Assembly: GCA_964647995.1 (NCBI GenBank)
Contig: CAZYNP010000004.1
Coordinates: 124,422 to 188,421, forward strand
Length of the DNA stretch: 64,000 nucleotides
Origin: an uncultured Cytophagia bacterium
GTDB taxonomy: Bacteria; Zhuqueibacterota; Zhuqueibacteria; Thermofontimicrobiales; Thermofontimicrobiaceae
Reading direction: 5' to 3'
A model generated the notes under the pieces. That model saw only the letters and a program-made list of their open reading frames with translations. It did no database searches and had not been told where the DNA came from. Both the position numbers and the translations under genes were made by a program. Below, in pieces: positions 60,148 through 64,000 of the stretch. How positions within the stretch are numbered: position 1 is the first letter of the stretch; the number at the start of each line of letters is the position of its first letter.

Positions 60148-63100
60148 ATGAAAGAATTTTCCAAATCAGCGATTGCTCTGCTGCTGCTCAGCCTCGCATC
60201 CAGTTTTTCAATTGGGCAGACGCACGAAAATATAGCCCAGCTTGGCCATTGGACCGAGGGCCAGTGTCAGGCGATCTGTCTTGGCCAATATGCCTTCCTT
60301 GGTAATGACAGCCTGTTGACGATTTTGGACATCTCCAATCCTGCAATGCCGGCCATTATCAGCAACCTGAAACTAACCGATAGAATCGAAGATATTTTCG
60401 TGATCAACGATCGGGCGTATGTTGCAATGGGCTTTGGTGGCGTTCAAATCCTGAATATCAGCAACCCGGCAACGCCCTATCTCCTGGGCAAATATCAGGA
60501 AACGTCAGAGCAAGCACTCGGCGTCTGGGTTCAAAACAATTACGCGTATGTGGCTGCTGGCTACAATGGCCTAAAAATTATCGATATCAGCGATCCAGCG
60601 GCACCGGCTGTGATTGGCGCAGCGCAAATTCAGGGCGAAGTTTTCAATGTACAGGTCGTTAATAACCTTGCCTATTTAGCCTGTTCCTGGGGCGGATTGC
60701 GGATTTATGATGTGAGTTCACCAACAACGCCAATGGAGCTTGGATTTACTGACAGCCCTGGTGACGCCAATGATGTCAAAGTGGTCGGCCAATATGCTTA
60801 CGTAGCCTATTTCGCCGGCGGCCTGCGTATCTACGATGTCAGTTCGGCCCAGGTGCCCCAGGAGGTGGGTTTTTATGAGGTCATCCAGGATGCGCGAGCG
60901 GTGGACGTGGTGGGAAACCTGGCCTATGTTGCTGGTGCAGATACTGGCCTTTTTGTCCTGGATGTGAGCAAGCCTTACGCACCCATCGAGATTGGCTATT
61001 TCGACACCGAGCATCAGGCCCAGGATGTGGCCGTAGCGCAGGACAGAATCTACGTTGCCGATGGTCAGGCAGGCCTGTACCTGCTGCGATTGCAAGCTGA
61101 GCTGGGACTGTCGCAATCCAATTTGAATTTCGGAGCGACGCGCGTCGATCAGGCGAGGAACGACACCCTGATCATCAAAAATATTGGCAGTACTGTTTTG
61201 CACGTGGATAGCACGATGATTCAGGGGAAGAATGGCCAGGATTTTTCCATCATCAGCGGCGGTGGCTATCAGGATGCCTTTACCATTTTGCCGGCGGATT
61301 CGGAAATTGTGATCTTTCAATTCGTGCCTGAAAGCCAGGGCATCAAAACTGCCTTTTACCTAATTTATAGCAACTCCAAAACCACTCCGGACACGGTGCG
61401 ATTAACTGGCCAGGGTTTATCACCATTTTGGACCATTTACAATACTTCCAACTCCAGGCTCCCGACTAATCGGGTTCAATGCCTGGCAATCGACCCATTG
61501 GGGCAAAAATGGATCGGCACCAGCACGGATGGCTTGGCCCAATTCGACAACACCAATTGGACCAACTACACCACCAGCAACTCCGGGCTGCCCAATAATG
61601 ACGTGCGGGCCATTGTCATCGAAGAAAATGGCAATCGGTGGATCGGCACCTTCGGCGGCGGCCTGGCCCGGTGGAAGGCCTCCGGCTGGACGGTCTACGA
61701 TTCTACCAATTCGGGACTTCTATCCAATCGGATTGCAGCCATTGCCCTGGATGATAGCGGCCACCAATGGATCGGCACGCTTGGCGGAGGCCTCGCTCGT
61801 TTCGATGGCACCACCTGGCGCGTCTATCATCAGTCGAATTCCAATCTCCCCACGAACGACATTCACTGCATCGCCATCGACAACCAGGGCATCAAATGGT
61901 TGGGTACCCCGGCGGGATTGGTCCGTTTCGATGGATCGACCTGGACGACTTTCGATACGACCAATTCCGATTTGCCAGACCAGCAGGTGCACGACATTGC
62001 TATCGACGAGCGAGGACGAAAATGGATCGCCACCTTTGACGGTCTGGCGGTGCTCGATGGCAGCAATTGGACTATCTTCACTGCGGCCAATTCGCCCCTG
62101 CCTTCCAATCACCTCATGACCGTGGACATCGACGGCGGTGGCAATGCCTGGATCGGCACCGATGGCGGGGGCCTGGCGCTTTTCGATCAGAGCCAATGGT
62201 CGATTTTTGATCCGATCAACTCCGGCCTGCCGGGCACTCATGTGCGAGCGTTTGGCATCGAAAGCGGCATCGAGAAGTGGATTGGGACCCTGGACGGCGG
62301 TCTGGCCCGATTCAATGAGCCGATTGGTAACATCGTGCCCCGGCTGGTGGTTTCACGGCCGATACTACAATTCCCCAGCGCGGTGGTGGGCGATTCATCG
62401 CACCAGGACCTTGAGCTGATCAATCGCGGCAATGCCGATCTCGTGGTTCAAGGCATGACCATTGCCGGATCGGCTGCCGGCGATTTTGCGATTGTTGACG
62501 GCGGTGGCCCCGCAACATTGGTTCCGAATGCGCGTCGACAGTTACTCCTGCGATTTTTGCCCAAAGCTCCGGGCAACAAGACCGCCCTGTTGATCATCAG
62601 CAACAATGCCGCCACCAGTCCCGATACGGTTATTTTGAATGGCACAGCCCCTGGCGCCAGCATCACCGTCTCGCCACTCACTATCACTTTCAGCCCGACT
62701 CTGGTGGGCACCACCAAAATCGATTCCATTAAAATCAAAAACAGCGGTGCTGCTCGGCTGGATTTTGGCCCCATGCGTCTCAGCGGTGCTGATGCCAAAC
62801 AATTTAAGGCCGACACCAATGCAACCTTTACGCTGATGCCCGGGGATAGCCAATTTTTCAAAATCCGTTTTGCACCCAATGTTGCCGGCAATAAGATCGC
62901 CCGGCTCAATATTCCCAATAACGACCGGGATACCTCCGTGGTCCTGACCGGTCTGGCCATAGCGCCAAAATTGGACATTTCGCGGAACACGCTGGCGTTC
63001 GGAAATGTCCCGCTCGCCAGTTCCCGGACCGACTCGTTATGGGTCAAAAATATCGGTTCTGCAAACCTGAACCTTGGAACGATCACCATCACTGGCCCCG

Positions 63101-64000
63101 AGGCCGCCAGGTTTGCGCTGAACCCCAGCTCATTTTCCCTGGCGCCGGGCGATAGCAGCCCGCTGCGGGTGACGTTTCGACCAGATTCTATCAAGAATTG
63201 CCAGGCAACGTTGAACCTCTTTAGCAATGGCGGGGATACTACAGTGATAGTGACCGGGACCGGCGCAGCCGCCAAAATTTTGGTGACACCGCTCAGCATC
63301 AATTTCCATGAGGTGCTCATCAATCGCTCCAAAACCGATACCGTTTCCATCCGCAACATCGGGAATCTCGAATTGCACGCGATGCGAATCCGACTGGTAG
63401 GCACCGAGGCTGCTCGCTTCGATGTCGATACCACTCGCTTTGTGCTGACGCCAGGTCAGGTTAAAAAGCTGGCCGTTCGTTTTGCTCCGAACCGCCAGGA
63501 TACCATTGGCGTGACGCTGCGCATCGAAACTAACGGCGGGAATGAGAGCATAGCGCTCTTCGGTATTGGCGTCGCGCCACTGATGGCCATCTCGCCGACC
63601 ATTGTGTCTTTTGGCGCGCTGGCACTGGGTGAGGATTCTGTCCGAGTGGTCAAAATTCGCAATGACGGTATGGCTCCGCTGACCATTTTTCAACAGGACA
63701 TCATGGGTTCGGCTGCCAATAGCTTCTCCATCCTGAAGATTACTGGCAACCAGCCCATTGCACCAGCCGATTCCTTGCTATTTGCACTGAAATTTTCACC
63801 CATCACTGCGGGCACTAAATCCGCCTGGCTGGTAATCGCCAGCAACGCCCCCAATAGCCCGGATTCGGTGCAGTTGACCGGCGCCGGTCGGGAAGCGGCC
63901 ATTCGGGTGGAATACGATTCCACCGTTGTCGCCGGCGATAGCCTGAGCTTCACCATCAGCCCGACATCGGGATTTGTGCCCACCGTGAAGCGTCTCTATT
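60148..64000 (+). CDS. very large secreted surface protein (LVIVD-like repeats, two-component-regulator propeller repeats, tandem choice-of-anchor-D/ASH-type Ig-like domains); 5' partial, runs off the window end
   Basis: Hand translation from ATG 60148 (RBS GAGG) gives signal peptide MKEFSKSAIALLLLSLASS, YAYVA/LVIVD-type repeats (AYVAMGFGGVQILNISNPATP...), at least eight NSGLPxNxVxxIAIDxxGxxWIGTxxGLARFDG propeller repeats, then repeated FGxVxxG...IKNIG..L... domains. There is no stop before position 64000. Minus-strand track ORFs here are antisense artefacts. Confidence 0.8.
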   Translation, partial: MKEFSKSAIALLLLSLASSFSIGQTHENIAQLGHWTEGQCQAICLGQYAFLGNDSLLTILDISNPAMPAIISNLKLTDRIEDIFVINDRAYVAMGFGGVQILNISNPATPYLLGKYQETSEQALGVWVQNNYAYVAAGYNGLKIIDISDPAAPAVIGAAQIQGEVFNVQVVNNLAYLACSWGGLRIYDVSSPTTPMELGFTDSPGDANDVKVVGQYAYVAYFAGGLRIYDVSSAQVPQEVGFYEVIQDARAVDVVGNLAYVAGADTGLFVLDVSKPYAPIEIGYFDTEHQAQDVAVAQDRIYVADGQAGLYLLRLQAELGLSQSNLNFGATRVDQARNDTLIIKNIGSTVLHVDSTMIQGKNGQDFSIISGGGYQDAFTILPADSEIVIFQFVPESQGIKTAFYLIYSNSKTTPDTVRLTGQGLSPFWTIYNTSNSRLPTNRVQCLAIDPLGQKWIGTSTDGLAQFDNTNWTNYTTSNSGLPNNDVRAIVIEENGNRWIGTFGGGLARWKASGWTVYDSTNSGLLSNRIAAIALDDSGHQWIGTLGGGLARFDGTTWRVYHQSNSNLPTNDIHCIAIDNQGIKWLGTPAGLVRFDGSTWTTFDTTNSDLPDQQVHDIAIDERGRKWIATFDGLAVLDGSNWTIFTAANSPLPSNHLMTVDIDGGGNAWIGTDGGGLALFDQSQWSIFDPINSGLPGTHVRAFGIESGIEKWIGTLDGGLARFNEPIGNIVPRLVVSRPILQFPSAVVGDSSHQDLELINRGNADLVVQGMTIAGSAAGDFAIVDGGGPATLVPNARRQLLLRFLPKAPGNKTALLIISNNAATSPDTVILNGTAPGASITVSPLTITFSPTLVGTTKIDSIKIKNSGAARLDFGPMRLSGADAKQFKADTNATFTLMPGDSQFFKIRFAPNVAGNKIARLNIPNNDRDTSVVLTGLAIAPKLDISRNTLAFGNVPLASSRTDSLWVKNIGSANLNLGTITITGPEAARFALNPSSFSLAPGDSSPLRVTFRPDSIKNCQATLNLFSNGGDTTVIVTGTGAAAKILVTPLSINFHEVLINRSKTDTVSIRNIGNLELHAMRIRLVGTEAARFDVDTTRFVLTPGQVKKLAVRFAPNRQDTIGVTLRIETNGGNESIALFGIGVAPLMAISPTIVSFGALALGEDSVRVVKIRNDGMAPLTIFQQDIMGSAANSFSILKITGNQPIAPADSLLFALKFSPITAGTKSAWLVIASNAPNSPDSVQLTGAGREAAIRVEYDSTVVAGDSLSFTISPTSGFVPTVKRLY

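Noticed and set aside
60718-63983. Several 170-330-aa minus-strand ORFs in the track (60718-61320, 61720-62241, 62448-63434, 63130-63693, 63690-63983)
   Set aside because: They are antisense to the large plus-strand surface-protein gene, which has a signal peptide, RBS and recognisable repeats. Their composition is Ala/Arg/Gly-rich, typical of antisense translation of GC-rich coding DNA.
1-64000. CRISPR arrays, transposases, integrases, prophage genes
   Set aside because: No regularly spaced short repeats and no recombinase or transposase-like ORFs were seen anywhere in the window. The only stable-RNA gene found is tRNA-Pro.

Overview
This is a ~64 kb bacterial chromosomal segment at about 50% GC, coding mostly on the minus strand. 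No transposase, integrase, rRNA or CRISPR array is visible; the only stable-RNA gene found is tRNA-Pro(TGG). A T9SS-type C-terminal sorting domain, many TPR proteins and a large LVIVD/propeller surface protein suggest an FCB-superphylum-like organism, but that is inference. In order: gatB (partial) and gatA, two tandem tatA genes, a psd-pssA phospholipid pair, purC-purB, an HtrA protease, transaldolase, truA, ecfT, an OPT transporter, a PqqD-like gene plus an M29 aminopeptidase, a DUF2851-like protein, capA, cdsA, rlpA, pyrD-pyrK, a large TPR lipoprotein, a sirtuin, an envelope cluster (SLBB export-like protein, a beta-barrel outer-membrane protein, an OmpA-family protein), a queH + AmmeMemoRadiSam-type radical SAM + membrane/Cys protein + type-I phosphodiesterase operon, tRNA-Pro, rdgB, an ECF sigma / anti-sigma / catalytically dead HtrA-like module, holA, a class I SAM methyltransferase, a 1142-aa EndoQ-like PHP nuclease fused to a UvrD-like SF1 helicase, a ~2 kb poorly coding stretch with 61-bp direct repeats, a lytic transglycosylase, a radical SAM/SPASM enzyme with a threonine-dehydrogenase-like epimerase, a disrupted TonB-dependent receptor, tyrA, a DAHP synthase, chorismate mutase, a CsgG-like TPR lipoprotein and the 5' part of a very large surface protein. 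The most unusual element is the EndoQ-helicase fusion with its downstream methyltransferase. All calls come from reading the ORF translations and the sequence by eye, since no searches could be run.
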